Assembly (NCBI GenBank): GCA_964016885.1
Contig: OZ024741.1
Location: forward strand, 411,432,001-411,496,000
Reading direction: 5' to 3'
Source: Eledone cirrhosa
Taxonomy: Eukaryota
Length of the DNA stretch: 64,000 nucleotides
The notes under the pieces are model-generated. The model did not search any database. It saw only the letters and a list, made by a program, of their open reading frames with translations, and was not told where the DNA came from. A program made the position numbers and the translations under genes. Each line of letters begins with the position of its first letter. Within the stretch, counting starts at the first letter, position 1. This document shows positions 30,380 through 42,329 of this stretch, in pieces.

Positions 30380-30667
30380 GCCCCCTGCTACAGCTAGTAT
30401 TCATTTTCAGCTGAGTATACCGGAACAATGTAAATAGGTCACATGCATTCACCATTAACAAACCATTGCTTTTAACTCCCCAATACTACTTGACTGATAT
30501 TATATGTAGCACATGTTGCAGTTATTTCTGTTTACATACCAAACCTTCATGTTACCAACATGTAGCATTGATATATAACATGTAGCATTGATATATAAAC
30601 TGAGTGGTGACATGACCGACCTGCTCTATATAATTAATACTTTGTTAGAGTGTAACTGTTTAAGTCT

Positions 30668-30913
30668 GTATAAGTGTGTATGTGTGTATGTATGTGTGTA
30701 TAAGTGTGTATGTATATGTGTATGTGTCTGTGTATGTATGTGTGTATGTATGTATGTATGTGTGTATGTATGTATGTGTGTATGTATGTGTGTATGTGTG
30801 TATGTGTGTATGTGTGTATGTATGTGTGTGTGTGTGTGTGTATGTGTGTTTGTGTGTATGTGTGTATGTGTGTTTGTGTGTATGTGTGTATGTGTGTATG
30901 TATATGTATGTAT
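30668..30913. repeat. (TG)n/(TATG)n compound microsatellite
   Basis: Seen directly. Confidence 0.95.
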
Positions 30914-30914
30914 G

Positions 30915-31197
30915 TTGGTAGCACAACATCCAGTCCTAAATAAATGAGGTCGTGTAGGTGTCACAACAAAAATACACACAGTCCACGCTGTAATGTGGCC
31001 ATGTAAGTAACACAGTAAAAACCTCCCAGTCCACACTGTAAACGTGGTTGGTGTTAGGAAGGGCATCCAGCCGTAGAAAACCAGCCAGACAGTCCTATAC
31101 GAGCAAGACAACCACTCTTGCCTCTAGTGGGACAATTCCCGTCTAAACCCATGCTAGTGTGGAAGACAGACGTTAAACGATGATGATGATGATGATG
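30915..31197 (+). mobile_element. SINE-like interspersed repeat (3' part) with (GAT)n tail
   Basis: GTGGTTGGTGTTAGGAAGGGCATCCAGCCGTAGAAAA ... CCCATGCTAGTGTGGAAGACAGACGTTAAAC(GAT)n. Homologous copies occur at 36590-36880 (-) and 41840-41958 (+). Confidence 0.7.
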
Positions 31198-31512
31198 TGA
31201 GTATGTGTGTATGTGTGTGTGTGTGTGTTTGTGTGTATGTATGTATGTATGTATGTATGTGTGTATGTGTGTGAAAGAGAGGGGAGGTGGTATGTGTATG
31301 TGAGAGGGGGAGGTGGTATATGTGAGTATGTGAGAGAGGGGAGAGGGGGTATGTGTGTGTATGTGAGAGAGGAGGGAGGTGGTATGTGTGTGTATGTGAG
31401 AGAGGGGGTAGGTGGTATGTGTGTGAGAGAGAGGGGGGAGGTGATATATGTGAGTATGTGAGAGAGGAGGGAGGTGGTATGTGTGTGTATGTGAGAGAGG
31501 GGGGAGGAGGTA
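31198..31512. repeat. TG/TATG microsatellite and a degenerate GA-rich ~30-bp minisatellite (GTATGTGAGAGAGGAGGGAGGTGGTAT)
   Basis: Seen directly. Confidence 0.85.
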
Positions 31513-31619
31513 CAAATGTGAAGCCTACAACAAGGTCTGGTAGATAAGACACACAATTAGTAAAAAACTGTGACTTATCTACAGGTATATATTTAAGGGA
31601 GATAAATTGTAAATATGTT

Positions 31620-33845
31620 CATATATCTACCTGTATATTCTACTGCGTTGATGTATATACCTGTATACCTATATACCTATATACCTGTATATCTATCTAC
31701 CTGTATACCTGTATATCTATCTACCTGTATACCTATATACCTATATACCTGTATACCTGTATACCTATATACCTGTATATCTATATACCTGTATACCTGT
31801 ATACCTGTATATCTATATACCTGTATACCTGTATACCTATATACCTATATACCTTTATACCTGTATACCTGTATACCTATATACCTATATAACTGTATAC
31901 CTATATACTTCTATGCCTATATACCTATATACCTGTATACCTATATACCTATATACCTGTATACCTATATACCTGTATACCTATATACCTATATAGCTGT
32001 ATACCTATATACCTGTATACCTGTATACCTGTATACCTGTATACCTGTATACCTATATACCTGTATACCTGTATACCTATATACCTGTATACCTGTATAC
32101 CTATATACCTATATACCTGTATACCTATATACCTATATACCTATATACCTGTATACTATATACCTGTATACCTGTATACCTATATACCTATATACCTGTA
32201 TACCTGTATACCTATATACCTATATACCTGTATACCTATATACCTATATACCTATATACCTGTATACCTATATACCTGTATACCTATATACCTGTATACC
32301 TATATACCTATATACCTATATACCTGTATACCTATATACCTATATACCTATATACCTGTATACCTATATACCTGTATACCTATATACCTGTATACCTGTA
32401 TACCTGTATACCTATATACCTGTATAGCTGTATACCTATATACCTATATACCTGTATACCTATATACCTATATACCTATATACCTGTATACCTATATACC
32501 TATATACCTGTATACCAATATACCTGTATACCTATATACCTATATACCTGTATACCTATATACCTATATACCTATATACCTGTATACCTATATACCTGTA
32601 TACCTATATACCTATATACCTATATACCTGTATACCTATATACCTGTATACCTATATACCTGTATACCTGTATACCTGTATACCTATATACCTGTATAGC
32701 TGTATACCTATATACCTATATACCTGTATACCTATATACCTATATATCTGTATAGCTGTATACCTGTATACCTATATACCTGTATACCTGTATACCTGTA
32801 TACCTATATACCTATATACCTGTATACCTGTATACCTGTATAACTATATACCTGTATACCTATATACCTGTATACCTAGTATACCTATATACTTGTATAC
32901 TTGTATACTTGTATACATGTATACCTGTATACCTATATACCTGTATAGCTGTATACCTATATACCTATATACCTGTATACCTATATACCTATATACCTAT
33001 ATACCTGTATACCTATATACCTATATACCTGTATACCTATATACCTGTATACCTATATACCTATATACCTGTATACCTATATACCTATATACCTATATAC
33101 CTGTATACCTATATACCTGTATACCTATATACCTATATACCTATATACCTGTATACCTATATACCTGTATACCTATATACCTGTATACCTGTATACCTGT
33201 ATACCTATATACCTGTATAGCTGTATACCTATATACCTATATACCTGTATACCTATATACCTATATATCTGTATAGCTGTATACCTGTATACCTATATAC
33301 CTGTATACCTGTATACCTGTATACCTATATACCTATATACCTGTATACCTGTATACCTGTATAACTATATACCTGTATACCTATATACCTGTATACCTAG
33401 TATACCTATATACTTGTATACTTGTATACTTGTATACCTGTATACCTGTATACCTATATACCTGTATACCTATATACCTATATACCTATATACCTGTATA
33501 AGTGTTTATCTGTATACCTATATACCTGTATACCTATATACCTGTATATCTATCTACCCATATACCTGTATACCTGTATAAGTGTATACCTGTATACCTA
33601 TATACCTATATACCTGTATACCTATATACCTATATATCTGTATAGCTGTATACCTGTATACCTATATACCTGTATAGCTGTATACCTATATACCTATATA
33701 CCTGTATACCTGTATACCTATATACCTATATAACTATATACCTATATACCTGTATACCTATATACCTACATACCTGTATATCTATCTACCTATATACCTA
33801 TATACCTGTATACCTATATACCTGTATACCTGTATACCTGTATAT
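31620..33845. repeat. 8-bp minisatellite TATACCT(G/A), about 2.2 kb
   Basis: Mixed TATACCTG and TATACCTA units. An internal duplication at ~520 bp offset is marked by the rare variant TATACCTAGTATACC...CTTGTATACTTG at ~32871 and ~33392. Confidence 0.97.
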
Positions 33846-33872
33846 TTAATGTGTTTCTTTTCCTCCCACAAG

Positions 33873-33953
33873 CTGTTAGCTGATGATTTAGGAGCCAGAC
33901 TCAGTCTACTGGAACGCAATGTCAACCCCTTTCAACAACCTGACAACTTCATT
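33873..33953 (+). CDS. Host gene coding exon B (81 nt, LLADDLGARLSLLERNVNPFQQPDNFI)
   Basis: Polypyrimidine tract tttcttttcctcccacaAG acceptor, open frame, donor ATT|GTGAGT. Phase 0-0. Unique island between two minisatellites. Confidence 0.8.
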
Positions 33954-33984
33954 GTGAGTAGCCTTATAACTTACTGATCTACAA

Positions 33985-36310
33985 TGATGTGTTAACTGTG
34001 TTGCTAGATGTGTTAACTGTGTTGTTGATGTGTTAACTGTGTTGTTGGTGTGTCAACTGTGTTTTTGATGTGTTAACTGTCTTTCTAGATGTGTTAACTG
34101 TGTTGTTGATGTGTTAACTGTGTTGATGATGTGTTAACTCTGTTGTTAGTGTGTTAACTGTGTTGTTAGTGTGTTAATTGTGTTTACTGTGTTGATGTGT
34201 TAACTGTGTTGTTAGTGTGTTAACTGTGTTGATGTGTTAACTGTTTTGTTAGTGTGTTAACTGTGTTGATGTGTTAACTGTGTTGTTTGATGTGTTAACT
34301 GTGTTGATGTATGTGTTAACTGTGTTGGCAGATGTGTTAACTGTTTTGGCAGATGTGTTAACCCTGTTATTGATATGTTAGTTGTGTTGGCAGATGTGTT
34401 AACTGTATTGGCAGATGTGTTAACTGTGTTAGCAGATGTGTTGACTGTGTTGTTAGATGTGTTAACTGTGTTGTTAGATGTGTTAACTGTGTTATTGATG
34501 TGTTAACTGTGTTATTGATGTGTTAACTGTGTTATTGATGTGTTAACTGTGTTGTTGGTGTGTTAACTGTGTTGTTGATGTGTTAACTGTGTTTTTGATG
34601 TGTTAACTATGTTGTTGATGTATTAACTGTGTTGTTGGTGTGTTAACTGTGTTGTTGGTGTGTTAACTGTGTTGTTGATGTGTTAACTGTGTTGTTAGTG
34701 TCTTTCTTGTGTTGATGGTGTGTTAACTGTGTTGTTGATGTGTTAACCCCTGTTGTTGGTGTTAACTGTGTTGTTGGTGTGTTAACTGTGTTGGTGGATG
34801 TGTTAACCGTGTTGTGGATGTGTTAACTGTGCTGTTTGATGTGTTAACTGTGTTGTTTAATGTGTTAACTGTGTTGATGTATGTGTTAACTGTGTTGGCA
34901 GATGTGTTAACTGTGGTGGCAGTTGTGTTAACTGTGTTGTTGATGTGTTAACTGTGTTATTGATGTGTTAACTGTGTTGGCAGATGTGTTAACTGTGTTG
35001 ACAGATGTGTTAACTGTGTTGACAGATGTGTTAACTGTGTTGTTGATGTGTTAACTCTGTTATTGATGTGTTAACTGTGTTGTTGATGTGTTAACTCTGT
35101 TGACAGATGTGTTAACTGTACTGTTAGATGTCTTAACTGTGTTGTTGATGTGTTAACTGTGTTATTGATGTGTTAACTGTGTTATTGATGTGTTAACTGC
35201 GTTGTTGATGTGTTAACTGTGTTATTGATGTGTTAACTGTGTTGTTTGATGCGTTAACTGTGTTGTTTGATGTGTTAACTGTGTTGTTGATGTATTAACT
35301 GTGTTGGCAGATGTGTCAACTATGCTGGTAGATGTGTTAACTGTGTTATTGATGTGTTAACTTTGTTATTGATATGTTAACTGTGTTGTTGGTGTGTTAA
35401 CTGTGTTGGTGATGTGTTAACTATGTTGCTAGATGTGTTATTGACGTGTTAACTGTGTTGTTGATGTGTTAGCTGTGTTCTTGGTGTGTTATCTGTGTTG
35501 TTGATGTGTTAACTGTCTTTCTAGTTGTGTTAACTGTGTTGTTGATGTGTTAACTGTGTTGTTGGTGTGTTATCTGTGTTGTTGATGTGTTAACTGTCTT
35601 TCTAGTTGTGTTAACTGTGTTGTTGATGTGTTAACTGTGTTGTTGATGTGTTAGCTGTGTTCTTGGTGTGTTATCTGTGTTGTTGATGTGTTAACTGTCT
35701 TTCTAGTTGTGTTAACTGTGTTGTTGATGTGTTAACTGTGTTGTTGGTGTGTTATCTGTGTTGTTGATGTGTTAACTGTCTTTCTAGTTGTGTTAACTGT
35801 GTTGTTGATGTGTTAACTGTGTTGTTGATGTGTTAACTGTGTTGTTGGTGTGTTAACTGTGTTGTTGGTGTGTTAACTGTGTTGGTGGATGTGTTAGCCG
35901 TGTTGCGAGATGTGTTAACTGTGTTGCGAGATGTGTTAACTGTGTTGTTTGATGTGTTAACTGTGTTGATGTATGTGTTAACTGTATTGGCAGATGTGTT
36001 AACTGTGTTGTTGATGTGTTAACTGTATTATTGATGCGTTAACTCTGTTGACAGATGTGTTAACTGTGTTGTTGATGTGTTAACTGTATTATTGATGCGT
36101 TAACTGTGTTGGCAGATGTGTTAACTGTGTTGGCAGATGTGTTAACTGCGCTGGCAGATGTGTTAACTGTGCTGTTAGATGTGTTAACTGTGTTGTTGAT
36201 GTGTTAACAGTGTTGTTGATGTGTTAACTGTGTTGGTATATGTGTTAACTGTGTTGTTGATGTGTAAACTGTGTTTTTGATGTGTTAACTGTGTTGTTGA
36301 TGTGTTAACT
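33985..36310. repeat. ~20-bp minisatellite GATGTGTTAACTGTGTTGTT, about 115 copies
   Basis: Near-constant core TGTGTTAACTGTG (GTTAAC palindrome) with variable 17-21 bp spacing. Confidence 0.97.
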
Positions 36311-36339
36311 TTTGTGAATCATTGGTTGTGCAGGTTTTG

Positions 36340-36590
36340 TTGTGGAATGTAAATGTGAGAGAAAGGCTGAACTTGGATGAACTGATGGAGAAACTGGGTT
36401 TAAGAGGAAACCAAATTACTGTAGAAGAGAGAAGACTGCACTGGTACAGACATGTGATGAGCATGGATGATGATTGCTTGTGAAGAAGTACCAAGAAATC
36501 TCAGTGGAAGGAAGTGATAGTAGAGGTAGACCAAGGAAGACCTGAGCTGAGGTGATGAGAGCTGATCTCAAATTGCTGAAACTCATATCC
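36340..36590 (+). pseudogene. Degenerate 3' fragment of an RTE-type LINE ORF
   Basis: Translates with lesions to ERRLHWYRHVMSMDD ... VEG..SRGRPRKT*AEVMRADL, matching the RLRWxGHVxRM ... GRGRPxKTW C-terminal motif of RTE-clade reverse transcriptases. Confidence 0.7.
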
Positions 36591-36880
36591 ATCATCATCA
36601 GCAGCACCACCACCATAATCCTCATCATTTAACATTTACTTTCCCTGCTAGCAAGGGTTGAGTGGTACTTCAAAAACTGAGTCAGTAGTGAAGCAAGTCT
36701 CCTGACCTTCCTGACAGGCCAGTGTCTGTATCACACCTACTGAATACATTTTATCTTTGCACCAGTACTAGGGAGGTTATCATGTTTTTGACACAACTGA
36801 AAGGTCCAATCAACCCTTTCTTTGGCAAGTTTTCTATGTCTGGATGTTCTTCCAATCACCAACCATTTTACAAGAGTGTG
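36590..36880 (-). mobile_element. SINE-like repeat, same family as 30915-31197, minus strand
   Basis: (CAT)n tail, TTTAACATTTACTTTCCCTGCTAGCAAGGGTTG and TTTCTATGTCTGGATGTTCTTCCAATCACCAACCA are reverse complements of the family motifs. Confidence 0.6.
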
Positions 36881-39053
36881 TATATCTGGTTTACAATAGG
36901 TACACTGTATCCCTGTGTATATATGGTTTACAATAGGTACACTGTATCCCTGTGTATATCGGGTTTACAATAAGTACACTGTATCCCTGTGTACATCTGG
37001 TTTACAATAGGTACACTGTATCCCAGTGTATATCTGGTTTACAATAGGCACACTGTATCCCAGTGTATATCTGGTTTATAATACGTACACTGTATCCCTG
37101 TGGTGTATCTGGTTTACAATAGGTACACTGTACCCCTGTGTATATCTGGTTTACAATAGGTACACTGTATCCCTGTGTATATCTGGTTTACAATAGGTAC
37201 ACTGTATCCCTGGGTATATCTGGTTTACAATAGGTACACTGTGTCCCTGGGTATATCAGGTTTACAATAGGTACACTGTATCCCTGTGTATATCAGATTT
37301 ACAATAGGTACACTGTATCCCTGTGTATATCTAGTTTACAATAGGTACACTGTATCCCTGTGTATATCTAATATAAAATAGGTACACTGTATCCCTGTGT
37401 ATATCAGGTTTACAATAGGTACACTGTATCCCTGTGTATATCTGGTTTACAATAGCGTCACTGTATCTCTGTGTATATCAGGTTTACAATAGGTATACTG
37501 TATCCCAGTATATATCTGGTTTACAATAGGTACACTGTATCCCTGGGTATATCTGGTTTACAATAGGTACACTGTATCCCTGTGTATATCTGGTATACAA
37601 AAGGTACACTGTATCCCTGTATATCTGGTTTACAATAGGTACACCATATGCCTGTCTATCTGGTTTACAATAGGTACACTGTATCCCTGTTTATCTGGTT
37701 TACAATAGGTACACTGTATCCCTGTGTATATCAGGTTTACAATAGGTACACTGTATCCCTGTGTATATCTGGTTTACAATAGCGTCACTGTATCTCTGTG
37801 TATATCAGGTTTACAATAGGTATACTGTATCCCAGTATATATCTGGTTTACAATAGGTACACTGTATCCCTGGGTATATCTGGTTTACAATAGGTACACT
37901 GTATCCCTGTGTATATCTGGTATACAAAAGGTACACTGTATCCCTGTATATCTGGTTTACAATAGGTACACCATATGCCTGTCTATCTGGTTTACAATAG
38001 GTACACTGTATCCCTGTTTATCTGGTTTACAATAGGTACACTGTATCCCTGTGTATATCTAGTTTACAATAGGTACACTGTATCCCTGTGTATCTGGTTT
38101 ACAATAGGTACACTGTATCCCTGGGTATATCAGGTTTACAATAGGTACACTGTATCCCTGTGTATATCTGGTATACAAAAGGTACACTGTATCCCTGTAT
38201 ATCTAGTTTACAATAGGTACACTGTATCCCTGTGTATATCTAGTTTACAATAGGTACACTGTATCCCTGTGTATATCTGGTTTACAATATGTATACTGTA
38301 TCCCTGTGTATATCTGGTTTACAATAGGTACACTGTATCCCTGTGTGTATCTGGTTTACAATAGGTACACTGTATCCCTGGGTATATCTGGTTTACAATA
38401 GGTACACTGTATCCCTGTGTATATCTGGTTTACAATAGGTACACTGTATCCCAGTGTATATCTGGTTTACAATAGGTACACTGTATCCCTGTTTATCTGG
38501 TTTACAATAGGTACCATGTATCCCAGTGTATATCTAGTTTACAATAGGTACACTGTATCCCTGTGTATCTGGTTTACAATAGGTACACTGTATCCCTGGG
38601 TATATCAGGTTTACAATAGGTACACTGTATCCCTGTGTATATCAGGTTTACAATAGGTACACTGTATCCCTGTGTATATCTGGTTTACAATAGGAACACT
38701 GTATCCCAGTGTATATCTGGTTTACACTAGGTACATTGTATCCCAGTGTATATCTGGTTTATAATAGGAACACTGTATCCCAGTGTATATCTGGTTTACA
38801 ATAGGTACACTGTATCCCAGTGTATATCTGGTTTATAATAGGTACACTGTGTCCCAGTGTGTATATCTGGTTTACAATAGGTACACTGTATCCCTGTGTA
38901 TATCTGGTTTACAATAGGTACACTGTATCCCTGTGTATATCTGGTTTACAATAGGTACACTGTATCCCTGTGTATATCTGGTTTACAATAGGTACACTGT
39001 ATCCCTGTGTATATCTGGTTTACAATAGGTACACTGTATCCCTCTGTGTATCT
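36877..39053 (+). repeat. 37-bp minisatellite GTGTATATCTGGTTTACAATAGGTACACTGTATCCCT, about 59 copies (left arm of an inverted repeat)
   Basis: Seen directly. Confidence 0.97.
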
Positions 39054-39158
39054 GGAGTCTGCAAGTCGACCTCTATTTCAGTAGGTTAAATGGCATTAAA
39101 ACACTTGTTTTATATTTCCATAATTACAATTTTTCATAATTATAATTATCATTTTCAG

Positions 39159-39319
39159 TATAATAATTATGAATATTGGAAAAAAGAAGAAAGAGAACTC
39201 CTGGGTTCTTTACTCCAAATAATTGGTAGAAGCGATATTCCGAAGATGAAGGAGGAATCTGTCTCAAGATTGACTGACATTGATCACCATTATACCTGTT
39301 TGTCTCAGAAACTATTTCT
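39159..39319 (+). CDS. Host gene coding exon C (161 nt, YNNYEYWKKEERELL...DHHYTCLSQKLF)
   Basis: Acceptor attttcAG, donor TCT|GTAAGT, phase 0-2. HYTCLSQKLF resembles the Munc13 segment QYTCLHENLF at the start of the MUN region (recalled, not searched). Confidence 0.85.
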
Positions 39320-39486
39320 GTAAGTGCCTTCATTTTTCTTTTAAAGTTATTTTAAACCCTTTTGGTACCCCCTCCTCCACCCCCGTTCTACATTATTGAA
39401 CTGTTTATTTTAAAGTGTTTATATTTATCTACCGTCCATCATAATTTTATGACATCTTCCTTAAGTTATGTTCCAAACACCAGCTT

Positions 39487-39677
39487 AATAATTGTTTCTA
39501 CTTTTGGCACAAGGCCAGCAATTATCCCAGTGTATTACTGGTACTTTATTTTATCGACCCCGTAAGGATGAAAGGCAAAGTTAACCTCGGCAGGATTTGA
39601 ACTCAGATCATAAAGGGAGGTATCTCTATGCTGCATAGCGTCTGACCCTCTACCGATACTGTTAATCCACCGCCCTT
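39487..39677 (-). mobile_element. tRNA-derived SINE, probably with a MetaSINE-type core (copy 1)
   Basis: On the minus strand: tRNA-like head with B box GAGTTCAAATCC, core GCCTTTCATCCTTACGGGGTCGATAAAATAAAGTACCAG, 3' end TGGCCTTGTGCCAAAAGTAGAAACAA(TTA)n. Confidence 0.8.
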
Positions 39678-39873
39678 AATAATAATAATTGTTTCTACTT
39701 TTGGCACAAGGCCAGCAATTACCCAGTACATTACTGGTACTTTATTTTATCAACCCCGTAAGGATGAAAAGCAAAGTTAACTTTGGAGGGATTTGAACTC
39801 AGTCCGTAAAGGGAAGTAACTCTATGCTAGATAGCATGGCGTCCAACCCTCTACTGATACTGCCAATCCACTG
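39678..39873 (-). mobile_element. tRNA-derived SINE (copy 2, head to tail with copy 1)
   Basis: Same motifs. Its (TAA)n tail abuts the head of copy 1. Confidence 0.8.
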
Positions 39874-39939
39874 GGAGCTATTTTATTAGAGTATTTCATA
39901 TTCTGAAGCATTATAATCTGTTCATTTCTCCATACCTAA

Positions 39940-40445
39940 AACACACATACACTAATACACACATACACACATACAGTAATATACATACACACATACACAA
40001 ATACACACACATACACTTACACTAATACACACATACACACACACTAATACACACACATACACATACACTAATACACACACATACAGTAATACACACACAT
40101 ACAGTAATACACATACACACATACACTTACACTAATACACACACTAATACACACACATACACACACATACACATACAGTAATACACACACATACACTTAC
40201 ACTAATACACACACATACAGTAATACACACACATACAGTAATACACATACACACATACACTTACACTAATACACACACTAATACACACACATACACACAC
40301 ATACACATACAGTAATACACACACTTACACTTACACTAATACACACACACACCCTTACACTAATACACACACACACACTAATACACACACATACACATAC
40401 ACTAATACACACACACACACTTATACTAATACACACACACACACA
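39940..40445. repeat. CA-rich compound microsatellite (ACACATAC/ACTAATAC units)
   Basis: Seen directly. Confidence 0.95.
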
Positions 40446-40685
40446 GAATCCCTCCTGTACAGAAGGTCAGCCCTCTCCAACTCCACTTCACCAATAGTAT
40501 CTATCTTTAACAATTATATTGGAAAATGTTTATTTAAATAGGAACACTTTCAAATAGTTTGATTTATTTCATAGAACCAGAGGTGGTTTTGACCAAGTAG
40601 GTACGAAAAGGCTATGGGCACAGACCCACCAGGCATCAATCTCTCCAGTCCTGGAGGGCCTGTGAAGGCCATGGATGCTGTCCCT

Positions 40686-40798
40686 TCTTGAAGACCCACC
40701 AGAAATCAATCTCCCCAGACTTGTTCCACTGACTAAAATAATGAAAAAAATCTAATTAAACTTAAGCTGGATGTACTAACTCTCTGTCTCTCTCTGTC
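40686..40798 (+). repeat. ~113-bp direct repeat, copy 1 (copy 2 at about 41959-42072)
   Basis: AGACCCACCA-AAATCAATCTCCCCAGACTT-TTCCACTGACTAAAATAATGAAAAAAATCTAATTA-ACTTAAGCTG...CTAACTCTCTGTCTCTCTCT is present on both sides of the inverted array. Confidence 0.9.
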
Positions 40799-41958
40799 AG
40801 ATATACACACAGGGATACAGTGTACCTATTGTAAACTAGATATACACTGGGATACAGTGTACCTATTGTAAACTAGATATACACTGGGATACAGTGTACC
40901 TATTGTAAACTAGATATACACTGGGATACAGTGTACCTATTGTAAACTAGATATACACTGGGATACAGTGTACCTATTGTAAACCTGATATACACAGGGA
41001 TACAGTGTACCTATTGTAAACTAGATATACCCAGGGATACAGTATACCTACTGTAAACCAGATATACACAGGGATACAGTGTACCTATTGTAAACCTGAT
41101 ATAAACTGGGATACAGTGTACCTATTGTAAACCAGATATACCCAGGGATACAGTGTACCTATTGTAAATCTGATATACCCAGGGGTACAGTGTACCTATT
41201 GTAAACCAGATATACCACAGGGATACAGTGTACGTATTGTAAACCAGATATACACTGGGATACAGTGTACCTATTGTAAACCAGATATACACTGGGATAC
41301 AGTGTACCTATTGTAAACCAGATATACACTGGGATACAGTGTACTTATTGTAAACCTGATATACACAGGGATACAGTGTACCTATTGTAAACCAGATTTA
41401 CACAGGGATACAGTGTACCTATTGTAAACCAGATATACACTGGGATACAGTGTACCTATTGTAAACCAGTTATACACAGGGATACAGTGTACCTATTGTA
41501 AACCAGATATACACAGGGATACAGTGACCCTATTTTAAACCATATATACACAGGGATACAGTGTACCTATTGTAAACCAGATATACACAGAGATACAGTG
41601 ACCCTATTGTAAACCAGATATACACAGGGATACAGTGTACCTATTGTAAACCAGATATACACAGGGATACAGTGCACCTATTGTAAACCAGATATACACA
41701 GGGATACAGTGTACCTATTGTAAACCAGATATACACAGGGATACAGTGTACCTATTGTAAACCTGATATACACAGGGATACAGTGTACCTATTGTAAACC
41801 AGATATACACAGGGATACAGTGTACCTATTTTAAACCAGATATACACACTCCTGTAAAGTGGTTGGTGATTGGAAGAACATCCAGACATAGAAAACTTGC
41901 CAAAGAAAGGGTTGATTGGACCTTTCAGTTGTGTCAAAAACATGATAACCATCCTAGT
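40799..41958 (-). repeat. Inverted copy of the 37-bp array (~28 units) plus ~110 bp of its SINE-derived flank
   Basis: 41840-41958 is the reverse complement of 36767-36885. The ORF track shows the same peptide MFLTQLKGPINPFFGKFSMSG on opposite strands. Confidence 0.95.
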
Positions 41959-42183
41959 TCTTCCAGACCCACCAAAAATCAATCTCCCCAGACTTATTCC
42001 ACTGACTAAAATAATGAAAAAAAATCTAATTAGACTTAAGCTGAATCTACTAACTCTCTGTCTCTCTCTATCGTTAAGAAAACAGCTCTCTTTTTAAAGC
42101 TAATTTTCTTTTAGAGTAAAAAGCTTTGAAATTTGTAAATTAATTAATTTTATTTCAATTTATTTTTATATTTTTCCCCTAAG

Positions 42184-42283
42184 TTATGACAAGAAATGTC
42201 TGGAAACCATTGAGGATCAACCATATGTCTACTCTAACTATTCTGCTTGTATCTTGGAAGAGTTTGGACTTCGTTATGGTGTT
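42184..42283 (+). CDS. Host gene coding exon D (100 nt, YDKKCLETIEDQPYVYSNYSACILEEFGLRYGV)
   Basis: Acceptor tttttcccctaAG, donor GTT|GTAAGT. Phase 2-0 exactly completes the split codon CT|T from exon C. ILEEFGLRYGV resembles Munc13 IVDEFAMRYGV and CAPS VLDEYCARYGV. Confidence 0.85.
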
Positions 42284-42329
42284 GTAAGTGTTTTTCCTGC
42301 TTCTCTTAGTTTTAAATATTGTACTTGAT

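Noticed and set aside
30588-33733. ORFs rich in CV, HT or YTCIPVYL
   Set aside because: Translations of microsatellites and of the 8-bp minisatellite.
39560-39873. tRNA genes suggested by the B box GTTCAAATCC
   Set aside because: The heads are embedded in SINE bodies with core and tail, and no intact cloverleaf is evident.
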